A DNA stretch of 64,000 nucleotides from Candidatus Heimdallarchaeota archaeon. GTDB lineage: Archaea > Asgardarchaeota > Heimdallarchaeia > JABLTI01. The stretch covers positions 64,001-128,000 of the forward strand of contig JABCTZ010000006.1 in NCBI GenBank assembly GCA_018238155.1, in the 5' to 3' direction. The stretch's first letter is position 1. Every line of letters begins with the position of its first letter. The notes beneath the pieces are model-generated. The model made no database searches and was not told where the DNA came from. It saw only the letters and a list, made by a program, of their open reading frames with translations. Made by a program: the position numbers and the translations under genes. Below are positions 19,802-30,807 of this stretch, in pieces.

Positions 19802-22800
19802 GTGTTTCATATTTCCAACTATTACATCGGTACCAATGTAGGTTCTGTTTCAGTGAACCTTGTCTATATTGATGATGACGATAATGTTGCTACATTCAAA
19901 CGACCTCATCTTGGCAATCCAAAACAAGTTCTGAACTATCTCTTAGAAGAAAAGATCGGTAAAAAAGATAACTATTATGGTGTTAGTGGTTCTTTTGGTG
20001 ATATTTCTGAAATTGTTGCAGTAGAACGTGCTCTAAATTCTTTCGATGAAAAATTCGATGTTGTTCTCTCTTTAGGAGGGGAAGCACTTATTCTTTATGT
20101 CTTAGGAGAAGACGGTCATATCGCCAACGTCATGTCTCACGATAAATGTGCAGCCGGAAGTGGAGAGTTTTTCATACAACAAATTGATAGATTAGGTCTA
20201 ACTCTTCCTGAAGCCATTGCACTTGCATTGAAGGGTAAGAAAACTGAATTAGCTTCAAGATGTTCTGTTCATTGTAAATCTGATATTACACACAAATTGA
20301 ATCGTGGAGAAGCACTAGTTGAAGATTTATTAACTTCCGTTCTTGCGAGTATAGTGAGCAAAGTACAAGCTTTGATCTTTCAATCTCGAGCCACTGTCAA
20401 ACGTATGTTAGTCATTGGCGGTGTTTCATTAAATGAAGCCTTTATTAAAATATTGCGCGAAGAGATTTCTGGTGTTAATGTAGTAATAAAAGAAGTAAGT
20501 CCCGTTTTCGAAGCATATGGAACTGCACTCTTGGTACGTGACAAACCTGTTTATCAACAAATCAAGTTAAAAATAACTAAAAGTTTCACATCTAACCCTT
20601 CCCTATCTGATTTCGAAAAACAAGTAACAATTATTGAAGCAACAGAAAATAAGACAAAATTCAAGAGGAACACTGTTTTTCATTTAGGTGTTGATGTGGG
20701 TTCTACAACAACAAAAGCTGTATTGGTTGACCCTTCTGATTCAAGCGTAGTTGCATCTTATTATGGAAGAACAAGTGGAAACCCAATTGAGGCAACAAAG
20801 AACTGTCTTGTAGAGCTTATTTCTCAAGTCGGTAATCAGAAAGTTTCTTTGGTCGGAGTAACTGGATCTGGAAGATCACTTGTCGGTGCTTTTCTGGGAA
20901 CACCGGCAATTTATAACGAGATTTCAGCTCATTCCCAAGGAGCTGTTTTTTATGATCCCGAAGTTGATACCATCTTTGAAATTGGTGGTCAAGACTCCAA
21001 ATATATGCTCTTGCAGAATGGTGTTCCAGTTGACTATGCTATGAATGCTACCTGTTCCGCAGGCACAGGCTCATTTCTGGAAGAAAGTGCAAAAGGTGAT
21101 TTGGGTATATCTGTTTTTGATATCTCTAAAATAGCAATTGATGCAAAGCAACCTATTAGATTCAAAGCTGATTGTGCAGCATTCATAAATACGGATATTC
21201 GCACTGCACTACAAGAAGACTATGGCAGAGAAAATATCGTTGCAGGATTAGTCTACTCAATTGTTGATAATTATCTAAACAAAGTAAAAGGAGCAAGACA
21301 AGTAGGCAAAAAAATCTTCTTTCAAGGTGGCGTTGCAAAAAATCATTCAGTTGGATATGCATTCGCACAAACAACTGGGAAACAAATTATTATTCCTCCA
21401 AACCCCGAACTTGTTGGAGCGTTTGGCATTGCTTTAATTGCGAAAATTAAATTCGAACAACATGAAATAACAGAAATGCCAAAATCAACTTCTCTCGAGA
21501 CTTTGATCAAAGCAGAACTTAAACATCTTGGAAGTGTTACTTGCAAATCTTGCAAGAATTTTTGCAAAATTGAGCGATATGAAGTTAGTGGTCGACGTTT
21601 CTTATTTGGTGGAAGTTGTTCAAAATACGAGCACCAGTGGAAAGGGTCCGAAAAAACAGCTGAAGTGGAAGACCTTGTTCAAAAAAGAAATGAAATAATG
21701 TTTGACGATTCAAATAATAACAAGACGAAAATTTCTAGAAGTAAAAAATCAATTGGAATTCCTCGAGCTTTGTTAACTCACAGCTTATATCCACTGTACT
21801 CCACTTTCTTAAGAGAATTAGGTTATCAAGTCATTCTCTCTGGAATTGATGATGATAAAGAATTAATGACAAATGCTCCATTTTGCTATCCAATTCAAAT
21901 TTTGCATGGTGCAGTCTTAGATCTTGTAAAGAGAAAAATTAAAACGATATTTATACCACATATTGTTAAATTGACAAAAATATATACTTGGAGGGATTCA
22001 ACATTCTGCCCAATAACTCAAGCAAGTCCTTACATTATCTCACAAGCATTTGAAGATACTACTATTTTAAAACCAACTCTTGATTTCTCACGAGGGTATA
22101 CCAAAGAAAATGCCTTAATCAAAATGGCCGTAGACGAATTACATCACACTAAAAAATTAGCTAAGAAAGCCTTTCAAAAAGCTGTTGAAGCTCAATTAGA
22201 TATTGAGAAACAATTCTTGCTTTTAGGACAAGACGCAATTAACAAATTGAAAGGGACTGATGAAATCGGTATCTTATTGGTCGGAAGAAGCTACAATGCT
22301 TTTCCATCTGAAACCTCTCTGAAAATACCAAAGAAACTCTCGAGCATGGGTATTACAGTAATACCTTTTGATTTTCTGGAAAAAACTGATACAGACGATA
22401 TTCCCTGGTATTTTGCAAACTATGTCAAAGTAGCAATTGATCTTGCGTTAAAACACGAAAATCTCTACGTACTCTATATTAATAGTTTCAGTTGTACAAT
22501 AGATGCTTTTATTCAAAATTATGTTAGTACCGAGATGACTTCAAAACCTTATCTCTTTTTAGAATTGGATGCACATACTGCAGATGCGGGGATCCAAACA
22601 CGATTAGAAGCCTTTCTTGAAATTGTTAAAAACTACAAAATAAGTGAGAAAATAGACAAAGAAGATTCATTTCAAGTAGCACAAGTAAAACGTAGAAATG
22701 GAAAAACAGTAGTAATAACTTCCCAAGGGAAAACTCTCGATATAAAAGACTCTCGAGTCAAACTCTATTCACCAAGCTTTTCAAAAAATCATACCGATAT

Positions 22801-24187
22801 CGGTGAAAAATTCATGTCTATGTTTGGCTTTAACATGGGTGTTGCCAATGACATTAAACTAGACTACGCCGTGAAAGGATTAAGATGTAGTTCAGGAAAA
22901 GAATGTATTCCTCTTCCAATCGTTTTAGGTCAAATAATGACTCTTGTTGAAAATAAAAAACCTGAGGAACTTATAGGTATGTTCATGATTCGTGGAGGTT
23001 CACCCTGTGCCGTTTATAGCTATTATCATTACATTGAACAATTTTTAGAAAGTAATAAAATAGAAAATGTTTTCATTTATAGATTGGATTATCTTACAAA
23101 GTTCTTAGGTATGAAATTAATTGATGTTTTGCGCTTTTTCCCAAAAGCAATGGTAATTGCTGATATTATTGATGAAATTGAAAGCTCTCTCCGAGTTGTA
23201 GGTGATCAAGATAGTTTAGATTCACTTCAGAGAGTTTGGGGAGAATTTTTGAACAACATTACCAACAAAAGAAATTTTACCAAAGGATTACCGAGGCTCA
23301 TTAGAAATATTAGAAAAATACCTCGAAAAGACTCACCAATAGACTATCCAAAAGTACTGATCAGTGGTGATTTCTTTGTGCGATTTAGCCCCTTCTTTTT
23401 GAAGGAATTACGTGATATTTACAGTGAAAATGGCATCATCGTTAAATCCTCAGATTTACTTGAATTAAATTTGTATGGTACAAGTTTTAATGGTGGTTAT
23501 GAGGTTTTGAAGAAATGGAATAAAGACCCCACGAAATTCTTAACTCAATTGAGAGCTTTTCTCACACCTTGGGATCTAGCTTCTAGAAACCTAATTATTT
23601 CAAAGATTGTTTTAAAATTTCTACATTCACTTGAAAGAAGAATTAGAAATCGATTCAAGAAAACAAGATTATTATATGCTGAACCAAATGATATTGGAAA
23701 GCTGATAAATCACTCTAGCCCTTATATCTCTCGTTTAATTTTTGGCGAAGCAATTCCAACAATTGGTAAAGGATTAGAAACTTTGGAAGAGTCTGCATAT
23801 GATTCTCTGATATTAACTGGTCCCTTTAATTGTCTGCCATACAAAATATCTCAGGCAATTTTGAAACCTATTTACTTTGAACATAACACTCCTTTCCTAG
23901 TATTTGATGTAGATATTACCGCAATTACACCCAACACGAAACGATTAATTCATGCCAACATTGAACAAATAAAAAGAAAAAGAACGCAAAATCTTCGTGA
24001 AGTAAAATGGTCTCATAGAGTAGAGAGTAGATTGAAATCACAAGAAAGAAAGCAAGAACGCAAAAAAGAACGTTTATACAGAATGGTTCAACGGAAAGAA
24101 AAAATTTGGTCTCAACAATTAGAGCGAACTGAAAGGCGACTTAAGAATCGAACGATTATTAATCTGATTAGATGGAGGAGAAAATAG
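19802..24187 (+). CDS. fused 2-hydroxyacyl-CoA dehydratase activase (two BadF/BcrAD ATPase modules + DUF2229-type domains)
   Basis: KCAAGSG/SRCSVH, GVDVGSTTTK, EIGGQDSK, CSAGTGSF, GIPRAL, ELDAHTADAGIQTRLEAF. Confidence 0.9.
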   Translation: MFHISNYYIGTNVGSVSVNLVYIDDDDNVATFKRPHLGNPKQVLNYLLEEKIGKKDNYYGVSGSFGDISEIVAVERALNSFDEKFDVVLSLGGEALILYVLGEDGHIANVMSHDKCAAGSGEFFIQQIDRLGLTLPEAIALALKGKKTELASRCSVHCKSDITHKLNRGEALVEDLLTSVLASIVSKVQALIFQSRATVKRMLVIGGVSLNEAFIKILREEISGVNVVIKEVSPVFEAYGTALLVRDKPVYQQIKLKITKSFTSNPSLSDFEKQVTIIEATENKTKFKRNTVFHLGVDVGSTTTKAVLVDPSDSSVVASYYGRTSGNPIEATKNCLVELISQVGNQKVSLVGVTGSGRSLVGAFLGTPAIYNEISAHSQGAVFYDPEVDTIFEIGGQDSKYMLLQNGVPVDYAMNATCSAGTGSFLEESAKGDLGISVFDISKIAIDAKQPIRFKADCAAFINTDIRTALQEDYGRENIVAGLVYSIVDNYLNKVKGARQVGKKIFFQGGVAKNHSVGYAFAQTTGKQIIIPPNPELVGAFGIALIAKIKFEQHEITEMPKSTSLETLIKAELKHLGSVTCKSCKNFCKIERYEVSGRRFLFGGSCSKYEHQWKGSEKTAEVEDLVQKRNEIMFDDSNNNKTKISRSKKSIGIPRALLTHSLYPLYSTFLRELGYQVILSGIDDDKELMTNAPFCYPIQILHGAVLDLVKRKIKTIFIPHIVKLTKIYTWRDSTFCPITQASPYIISQAFEDTTILKPTLDFSRGYTKENALIKMAVDELHHTKKLAKKAFQKAVEAQLDIEKQFLLLGQDAINKLKGTDEIGILLVGRSYNAFPSETSLKIPKKLSSMGITVIPFDFLEKTDTDDIPWYFANYVKVAIDLALKHENLYVLYINSFSCTIDAFIQNYVSTEMTSKPYLFLELDAHTADAGIQTRLEAFLEIVKNYKISEKIDKEDSFQVAQVKRRNGKTVVITSQGKTLDIKDSRVKLYSPSFSKNHTDIGEKFMSMFGFNMGVANDIKLDYAVKGLRCSSGKECIPLPIVLGQIMTLVENKKPEELIGMFMIRGGSPCAVYSYYHYIEQFLESNKIENVFIYRLDYLTKFLGMKLIDVLRFFPKAMVIADIIDEIESSLRVVGDQDSLDSLQRVWGEFLNNITNKRNFTKGLPRLIRNIRKIPRKDSPIDYPKVLISGDFFVRFSPFFLKELRDIYSENGIIVKSSDLLELNLYGTSFNGGYEVLKKWNKDPTKFLTQLRAFLTPWDLASRNLIISKIVLKFLHSLERRIRNRFKKTRLLYAEPNDIGKLINHSSPYISRLIFGEAIPTIGKGLETLEESAYDSLILTGPFNCLPYKISQAILKPIYFEHNTPFLVFDVDITAITPNTKRLIHANIEQIKRKRTQNLREVKWSHRVESRLKSQERKQERKKERLYRMVQRKEKIWSQQLERTERRLKNRTIINLIRWRRK

Positions 24188-24422
24188 GCTACTTGTTGGT
24201 TCATCTTTTCTTCATCAATTATTATTTTTTTATTAAAAAAAGATTTAAATTGAACAGAATTCTTTTAAAATGTAGTTTGAATAAAATAGTATTAATTAGA
24301 AATGATGGTTTTTTTACCATAATATTCTAATTAAATAACTTGAAACACAAAAAATTATTATAAAAGAAGCGCTGAAAACTCATTGCTCGGTAATGTGATT
24401 CTTACTTAGGGAATAGATCAAT

Positions 24423-25301
24423 ATGAAAATCGTTGAAAATAAACCTCTAAATATACTTTTCCAAGTAGCTATTGCTGTTGGAATTGCTGGACTAGTAATG
24501 TTCTTGATTCAAGAAATTATTACTATTTGGACTGGTACTGCATATACAGTGATACTTGTAATCGCTGACTTCATTGGAATTATTGCTCTTATTACATTTA
24601 TTGTGTGGATGTTTCTACCAACTAATAGAGACATTACTTTGAATGTTGCATTTATTAGTAGTGCAGTTTATGTTTTATTATACTCATTTGCTCACTTCTT
24701 CGTTATACAATATCGAAGTTCAATTGGCTCCGCACCTTCAACAGGAAATATTCTTAGTGATTTTATAGATTCAGGAGTTAGCTTTATTGGCTTAGTAGCT
24801 TTAACATTAATCTCTATAATGATGGTAATTGTTTTTGCTCTTAGGTTTGTAAAACGAAGTGCAATGCCTGTATATGAGAAATTTGCAACATTGATTTGGT
24901 TGTTAGTTTTAGCTATTTATGATTTCGGTGGATTCTATTACGTCAAGCAAAGCATAACATATGGAACTTCAGGAGCTCCATTAACAACACTGCTAGGAAT
25001 AACTTTCTTACCAAATACTTTGGAACTTATTTTCCTTCTCTTTGCAGCTCTTATTGTAATCTTCAAACTGTTTGGAAGATTGGATAAAAAAGTCGAAAAA
25101 ATTCTTGTATTGACTTTAGTAAATACTTTCTTCCTCACTTTTGCTATTGCTACAGTAAATGCAATAGGCTTTGTTACTTCAATTACAGCACGAATTCCAT
25201 CTGTGATCGGTAATCATTTCATCATGGCTGGTACACTGCTAGCAATAGTTATCACTTTTATCATGTTGGGAAAAGAATATCCTGTTAGATCAAGACAATA
25301 G
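24423..25301 (+). CDS. polytopic membrane protein
   Basis: About 8 hydrophobic segments. Confidence 0.75.
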   Translation: MKIVENKPLNILFQVAIAVGIAGLVMFLIQEIITIWTGTAYTVILVIADFIGIIALITFIVWMFLPTNRDITLNVAFISSAVYVLLYSFAHFFVIQYRSSIGSAPSTGNILSDFIDSGVSFIGLVALTLISIMMVIVFALRFVKRSAMPVYEKFATLIWLLVLAIYDFGGFYYVKQSITYGTSGAPLTTLLGITFLPNTLELIFLLFAALIVIFKLFGRLDKKVEKILVLTLVNTFFLTFAIATVNAIGFVTSITARIPSVIGNHFIMAGTLLAIVITFIMLGKEYPVRSRQ

Positions 25302-25320
25302 AAATAAGAAAACAAAATTC

Positions 25321-25848
25321 TTATTTCAAATTCTTCTTTTTCTTTTTTTGAAAAAAACTGATAATAAATATCGTTGAGAGAACTATTTTTATTGATGAAT
25401 TTGCTCTGCTTGTTTCTTCCACTGCATTGGAATTAGGTGCTGTATCTGTTATTACAGCTGTAACTGTGGTATTTTCATCTTTGAAATCCCAATCTAAATG
25501 AACAAACCTGATTGAATAATTCAGTGAGACTTCAGCTAAAAAGCTTCCTTCTCCAATACTTATTCCATGAGCTAAAAGAGTGCTCGATCCTTCTTCTCCA
25601 GGAAGAATAGCTAATGTATAGATTGAGATGTTGATAGTATCTGAGGTGCTTACGAAAGACCAATACAGGGTTTGGTTTTCTATGTGGAAAATACCCAAAT
25701 CGATATTCAATGCTCTAGAATAAGCTATCTCTTGGGAACCAATCCACGGACTTTCGGATCGACTCATTTCCATCGATCTACTTAGAATTAAAAATAAAAT
25801 TAAACATACTATTCGAAATTTATTCTTTCCCAAATATTTTACCCTCAA
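25321..25848 (-). CDS. secreted beta-rich protein with C-terminal anchor (possibly GOLD-like)
   Basis: Signal peptide; LYWSF..INISIY..GEGSF..YSIRF; hydrophobic plus poly-K tail. Confidence 0.55.
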   Translation of the reverse strand: MRVKYLGKNKFRIVCLILFLILSRSMEMSRSESPWIGSQEIAYSRALNIDLGIFHIENQTLYWSFVSTSDTINISIYTLAILPGEEGSSTLLAHGISIGEGSFLAEVSLNYSIRFVHLDWDFKDENTTVTAVITDTAPNSNAVEETSRANSSIKIVLSTIFIISFFQKKKKKNLK

Positions 25849-25961
25849 TTAAAGTCAAAATCTAATTCGTATAAAGTTATTGTTAATTATTTTGTGAGAA
25901 TGATGTTTTTTGAATTAAATTGACGGAAGAAATAAATTAGTAATCAGCTTATTTAGTAACC

Positions 25962-26516
25962 ATGCCTTTTACACCGTTTCATTTAGGGTTTGGTGTGTTC
26001 ATATTTGCAATATGCCCCTTTATTGATATTACAGCAATTTTGATTGGAACTATAATCATTGATATAGAAGGAGTTCTTTATTTATTGTTTAAAATTGGTG
26101 CATTACATGGCTACTCTCATAGCTTGCTTGGAGTCATGATTTATCTAATTCCATGTACGTTTTTCAGTTGGATATTTTACAAGCTGTTAGCAAGAATGAC
26201 AAAAATAGAATTTAGATTTAACTGGATATTATCTGGTATCTCAAGTCTAATTGGTCTAATATCACACATCATTTTTGATGGTAGTTTATATCCGGAGATG
26301 ATGTCTTTGTATCCATTCTCCAAAGTCCAAGGACACCTCATAGGAATCATGTCCTATCAAACAGTAATTATTATTTTAATATCTATGTTCGCAGTAGGTG
26401 TTCTTATTATAGCAGTAAAATCTTTATTGAGGTTTAAATTTGAGAAAAATATCTTATTATCCTATAATTTATTGAAACCATTAAACATAGAGGACTCTAT
26501 ACATACTGAATCGTAA
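25962..26516 (+). CDS. membrane-bound metal-dependent hydrolase-like protein
   Basis: MPFTPFH, IIDIE, LHGYSHS, SHIIFD. Confidence 0.75.
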   Translation: MPFTPFHLGFGVFIFAICPFIDITAILIGTIIIDIEGVLYLLFKIGALHGYSHSLLGVMIYLIPCTFFSWIFYKLLARMTKIEFRFNWILSGISSLIGLISHIIFDGSLYPEMMSLYPFSKVQGHLIGIMSYQTVIIILISMFAVGVLIIAVKSLLRFKFEKNILLSYNLLKPLNIEDSIHTES

Positions 26517-26564
26517 GGCAATTTTTTTCTTCTCTTGTTTTTTCGATTTCCTAAAGACAATTCA

Positions 26565-27011
26565 TTATTTATGAAAGGGAAGATTAAAATCTCGATTTTG
26601 TCTCTCTATCTTTATTTGCTCCAGAAAAGAGCTTATTTGATGATCTCTTTTGTGTTTGAATATTTTGTCTTTAAACTTCTTCTCCAAAAGAGCTTCTATC
26701 TGAATAAGCAGACGGTCATCGTAAGGTTTGAAATTCAATTTGCCTTCTGCAGTTCTTTCGATAGTTTCTACTATAGTATAGAGTTTGGAAATTAATCTTT
26801 CTTCAATTTCACTATGGATGTTTTGTCTTACAGGAAGTCTTTCATTGAAGTCTTCTTCTTTTGGCATCACTTGCTCCCTCACAATACTATATGCCGACAA
26901 AAAATAAAAGACTTTTGTAAGAAAAAGAAATACGATGGAAATATATCCATTGCTCATCGTTTTTTCATCTGAATTTATGGGATTCAAAGTAAGCAAGGTG
27001 AACAATTTCAC
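26565..27011 (-). CDS. hypothetical protein (true start probably internal, MPKEEDF)
   Basis: ORF; its N-terminal part overlaps the upstream gene. Confidence 0.5.
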   Translation of the reverse strand: MKLFTLLTLNPINSDEKTMSNGYISIVFLFLTKVFYFLSAYSIVREQVMPKEEDFNERLPVRQNIHSEIEERLISKLYTIVETIERTAEGKLNFKPYDDRLLIQIEALLEKKFKDKIFKHKRDHQISSFLEQIKIERQNRDFNLPFHK

Positions 27012-27729
27012 ATTCTGTTATCAGGTGTCCAAAATTTAGAATAAAATTCTCATCTGCTAAAGGTCCAAAATGGATAGGAACAAAGTATTCAGGTTGAATG
27101 ATATCAATTACATCTATGATTTCTAAATCTGTCATAGTTTGACATCCAGGACCTAAAGGAAGTAATGCTACATCAATTAAACCTGTTAGTTGACTATATT
27201 CTTCAATATTCTTGGAATCTCCTGCATGAAAAATAGTAAACCCATTTATGTTTACAATATAGCTAGTAAAATTCTCTTCTTGAGGATGGCTTGCAAGATA
27301 CACTTCAACTGGAAGTGTATACATATAGAATGCTGTGATATCAAAGAGACTTACTTGATATTCATCTTCGGGGTTAAGTCCTATTCCATCAAATGATGCT
27401 ATGGCTGCTGTCATACATTTTGGAAAAATATTAACGGTCTCATTTTTTTGTAACATATCAATAATTATCGGTTGGTAATGATCCGAATGACTATGCGTTA
27501 TTAATATTGCATCTGCAAGTTTAGCACTATAATCTTCTGGAAGTTCAATGGGATCAATGTATAATCTCATCCCTCGTGTTTCAATCATAACTCCCGCGTT
27601 ATCTAGTAATGTTAAATTGACTGCATTGTAGTTGAGTATTGAAAGAGTTATAATTGGTGTTGCAACAGCCGTTACTGTTAACATCACTCCAATACCTATG
27701 AAAATTTTAACTCTCTTTGTAAACTTCAT
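26965..27729 (-). CDS. metallo-beta-lactamase-fold hydrolase, N-terminally anchored
   Basis: THSHSDH, FHAGD, PIHF. Confidence 0.9.
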   Translation of the reverse strand: MKFTKRVKIFIGIGVMLTVTAVATPIITLSILNYNAVNLTLLDNAGVMIETRGMRLYIDPIELPEDYSAKLADAILITHSHSDHYQPIIIDMLQKNETVNIFPKCMTAAIASFDGIGLNPEDEYQVSLFDITAFYMYTLPVEVYLASHPQEENFTSYIVNINGFTIFHAGDSKNIEEYSQLTGLIDVALLPLGPGCQTMTDLEIIDVIDIIQPEYFVPIHFGPLADENFILNFGHLITECEIVHLAYFESHKFR

Positions 27730-27850
27730 ACTATCTAAATTAAAACAGTTATATTAAAACTTCTCGACATTTTGGAGAATTAATTCTCGCCTATATGAGA
27801 ACAATACTATTTCTTCCCTCGTAGGATTTTTACTAGTACTTTTAATATGC

Positions 27851-28471
27851 TTAACAAGATTTCAAAGTTTCTTTAATATCATTCTTGTATATCATAATAA
27901 GCCAAGCGATATTTTGAATGAATTGATTTATTTCAGTAAAGTCTTGCCCTTTCAGTAGTTCAAAGACTTTTTCATCAGAATTTTGAATGAATTCGATAGC
28001 AAGTTCTTCTCCTTTGGATAACTTCGCCATGATTGTTTCTATACATTCTTTCGTAAACGTTTTTTCTTCATCAACTTGATCTAAGAGTAATTTGTATGCT
28101 TGATAGTTTTTCTTTTTACTTGCCTTAGTTGTTGATGTTTCCATTGTGTCATCAAAAAATACTTTGGCTGTTCGCATAAAAATAGAGACACTTTTATTTC
28201 TATTTTCATCATCAGTGAAAATTCGTTTCCCTGCTTCTACTACCAACCCAACATCCCCCAAAGTCCGAATATATCGATATAGTGTTTTATCCGATTTCTC
28301 ATTTCCTTCAGCTGCATATACCTCTTCAATTTCCTTTATGGTTTTAGGCCCTGTTCTCAAGACGGTCAAAAGAAGTCCATAATCCTTATCATAGAAATAT
28401 TTTGAAACCTCTTTATCTTTGACTTTCAAAGTGACTCGCTGATTGTAGGTTATTACATCTTGTTCACGCAT
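27851..28471 (-). CDS. winged-helix transcriptional regulator
   Basis: GPKTIKEI...KSDKTLYRYIRTLGDVGLV. Confidence 0.8.
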   Translation of the reverse strand: MREQDVITYNQRVTLKVKDKEVSKYFYDKDYGLLLTVLRTGPKTIKEIEEVYAAEGNEKSDKTLYRYIRTLGDVGLVVEAGKRIFTDDENRNKSVSIFMRTAKVFFDDTMETSTTKASKKKNYQAYKLLLDQVDEEKTFTKECIETIMAKLSKGEELAIEFIQNSDEKVFELLKGQDFTEINQFIQNIAWLIMIYKNDIKETLKSC

Positions 28472-28657
28472 CTAAATCTCCAATATATTTGTCGTAACTA
28501 TGAAATATTAATGTTTTCTCACCTCTTAGGAGTGCTGAACAAATCACAAACTAGTCGGACAGACAATACAAGTCTTTTCTCAATAGATAAACCTCTTTCT
28601 CAATGAATGAGAAAGTTTATATACTTGTGTATTTATTATATAGTCAAGGTGAAAAAA

Positions 28658-28768
28658 ATGTCACAACCATTCCTAAATAAAAGAGAAAAAATATCATCAA
28701 CCTACGAACGCTTCTTGGATAAAAGATTATCAAGTGCTGAACAGTACTTGTTACTTTCCCACAGATGA
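28658..28768 (+). CDS. small protein (36 aa, MSQPFLNKREKISSTYERF...)
   Basis: AAGGTGA RBS, upstream TTTATATA box; divergent from the regulator. Confidence 0.5.
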   Translation: MSQPFLNKREKISSTYERFLDKRLSSAEQYLLLSHR

Positions 28769-29217
28769 GTGAATAAGTGTGGATAAGGAAGGTAACTTCC
28801 TTTTATTCATTCATCACACAATATTTTTCTAATTCTAACTAATTTCAAAAATCTCCATTATTAATAATGAACTTCTGTTTTTGTAAGACTTCTTGTGAGG
28901 ATCAAAGAATTTCCTTTTCATTTAAAGATAAAATTGCTTAATATCTTCAAATTCATTGCTAGTGAGTTGTTTTATTGTTATTTTCCTTGAAAACGAGTTT
29001 ATATTTTTCAATCAAATTGATGAATTAAGTAATAAGTATACCTTTATAAGTTGAAACAGAGAACAAATATCTTGTATACATTCAAAAAACAAGAAGAATG
29101 AAAGTAAGAGATTTCAGTAATTAGATTATGTAAAAATAATTTTTTTAAAAAATCAAACCTTCCAATTGATTGTTTTGAGTTTATGTATAACAAAAAATTA
29201 TTCGGTGAAAAAACAAA

Positions 29218-29376
29218 ATGAATAACTATAACGGATACAACCGCGAACCAAGAGAAATGCATAAAGTCACATGTGCTGACTGTGGAAATGAAACAGAAGT
29301 TCCATTCAAACCAGATGGCGAAAGACCAGTCTATTGCCGCGATTGTTACCAAAAAAGAAAGCCAAAAAGATACTAA
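29218..29376 (+). CDS. CxxC-x17-CxxC zinc-ribbon protein (52 aa)
   Basis: Hand translation REMHKVTCADCGNETEVPFKPDGERPVYCRDCY; GGTGA RBS; missing from the ORF track. Confidence 0.92.
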   Translation: MNNYNGYNREPREMHKVTCADCGNETEVPFKPDGERPVYCRDCYQKRKPKRY

Positions 29377-29555
29377 GTTTCTTAGTTACATAATCTAGTT
29401 GAATACTAACTATCTTTTTGAATGTTATATTCAACCTTTTCTTATTTTTTGATTTAATTTACTGTTTATTTAAGAAGTAATTATTCTCTAATAAATTTAT
29501 TTTTGAGAAAAATAAATGTGACTTTTCTGATTTATTCAAAAAAGTGCTAATCTAT

Positions 29556-29690
29556 TCACGTGTTTTTCTTCATTCGAACCAATCCACATTCCGGACAAAT
29601 AAATTTAGTTTGTTTATGAAATCCTCCTTTTCTTTTCACAGGTTTCATATGAACTCGCAAATTTTTTAATCGGCAACGTGAACATTCCAT
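29556..29690 (-). CDS. small zinc-finger protein
   Basis: MECSRC...FICPECG. Confidence 0.65.
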   Translation of the reverse strand: MECSRCRLKNLRVHMKPVKRKGGFHKQTKFICPECGLVRMKKNT

Positions 29691-29786
29691 ATAAATCACA
29701 TTTTGATTTTCAATAAAATGTTTTAAAATTATCTCTCTCTTAAAATTTATTATGTAATAGAAAAAACAAGAAAGGAAAAACAATTG

Positions 29787-30707
29787 CTATCTTTTTCTTT
29801 TCTTTGAAAAATATCGCCCCTTTGAAATGGCAAAAACGCTGAGTATACTAGAAATGAAACCAATTGCTGATACTCCTTGTGAAGGTTGTAATTTGAAAGC
29901 AGGCATATTATAATCAACCTCCTCAAATAATAGTGATGTAGATACATCAACAGCATAACCATTGATTTCACCAGAACAAGAACCCTCATATCTTGATCCC
30001 AATACAATTCCTGTTAACTTATGAATAGAAATCTGATAATTACTTGTACCTGTAATATTCGAAATGAAACGTTCATTTGAACGAATATCTATCATTTCAA
30101 CGACCCATTCAGCAGTAAACACATCACTTTTGGTCTTGCTTGTATAGTCAATAGTATAATTAGCATTGTCAGATGTAGCTGTTAAAAAAAAATGAGCAAA
30201 ATTGTAACTATATAAGTTTAGATATTCCCAAGTTGATTCTGTGATATCTATGAATGGAACAAAAGTAGGCATATAGAGTATTTGATATCCTTCTGCGAAT
30301 CGTGTTTCTGCAGTTTTCCAATTATTTGCAAATGATCCCATTACGTTAAAAACGTACATTACTGAGTCTGGAATTAAATATTCCACAACATCTAATCCTA
30401 TATAACCAATATCTTCGGAATCTTCTGCTGCAAAAGTAACTTTTACAAGAGCAGATGAAACATCATCTATTTCCACTGAAAAAGAGTGGCCTTCTTCGAT
30501 ATTTTTCCCATAAATACTTATCCCTGAAGTTTCAAAATAATCTAAACCTATTGCTGCTTCAAGAGAAGCTTCAGAAATAGAGTAATTTATCTTTTCTCCT
30601 TTGCTCACATTAAAAGTGCATGCACTAAATTGTAAATTTACCAACAAAGCACTCAATATGATTTGAAAAATAATTATCCAAATTTTCTTAATAATCATTA
30701 TCTCCAA
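29787..30707 (-). CDS. secreted C-terminally anchored protein (choice-of-anchor S-like)
   Basis: Signal peptide, beta-rich body, TGIVLG motif, hydrophobic plus basic C-terminus. Confidence 0.55.
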   Translation of the reverse strand: MEIMIIKKIWIIIFQIILSALLVNLQFSACTFNVSKGEKINYSISEASLEAAIGLDYFETSGISIYGKNIEEGHSFSVEIDDVSSALVKVTFAAEDSEDIGYIGLDVVEYLIPDSVMYVFNVMGSFANNWKTAETRFAEGYQILYMPTFVPFIDITESTWEYLNLYSYNFAHFFLTATSDNANYTIDYTSKTKSDVFTAEWVVEMIDIRSNERFISNITGTSNYQISIHKLTGIVLGSRYEGSCSGEINGYAVDVSTSLLFEEVDYNMPAFKLQPSQGVSAIGFISSILSVFAISKGRYFSKKRKR

Positions 30708-30807
30708 TTAATCTTCATTATAAAAAACATATAAAAGATATATAAAGCTATTTTTATTGAAAAGTATTTGTTGTCAATTTTAGAAACTCTTAAATGAAAG
30801 AATTACC

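Noticed and set aside
29044-29352. 102-aa minus-strand ORF
   Set aside because: Shadow of the real CxxC-x17-CxxC gene on the + strand (29218-29376).
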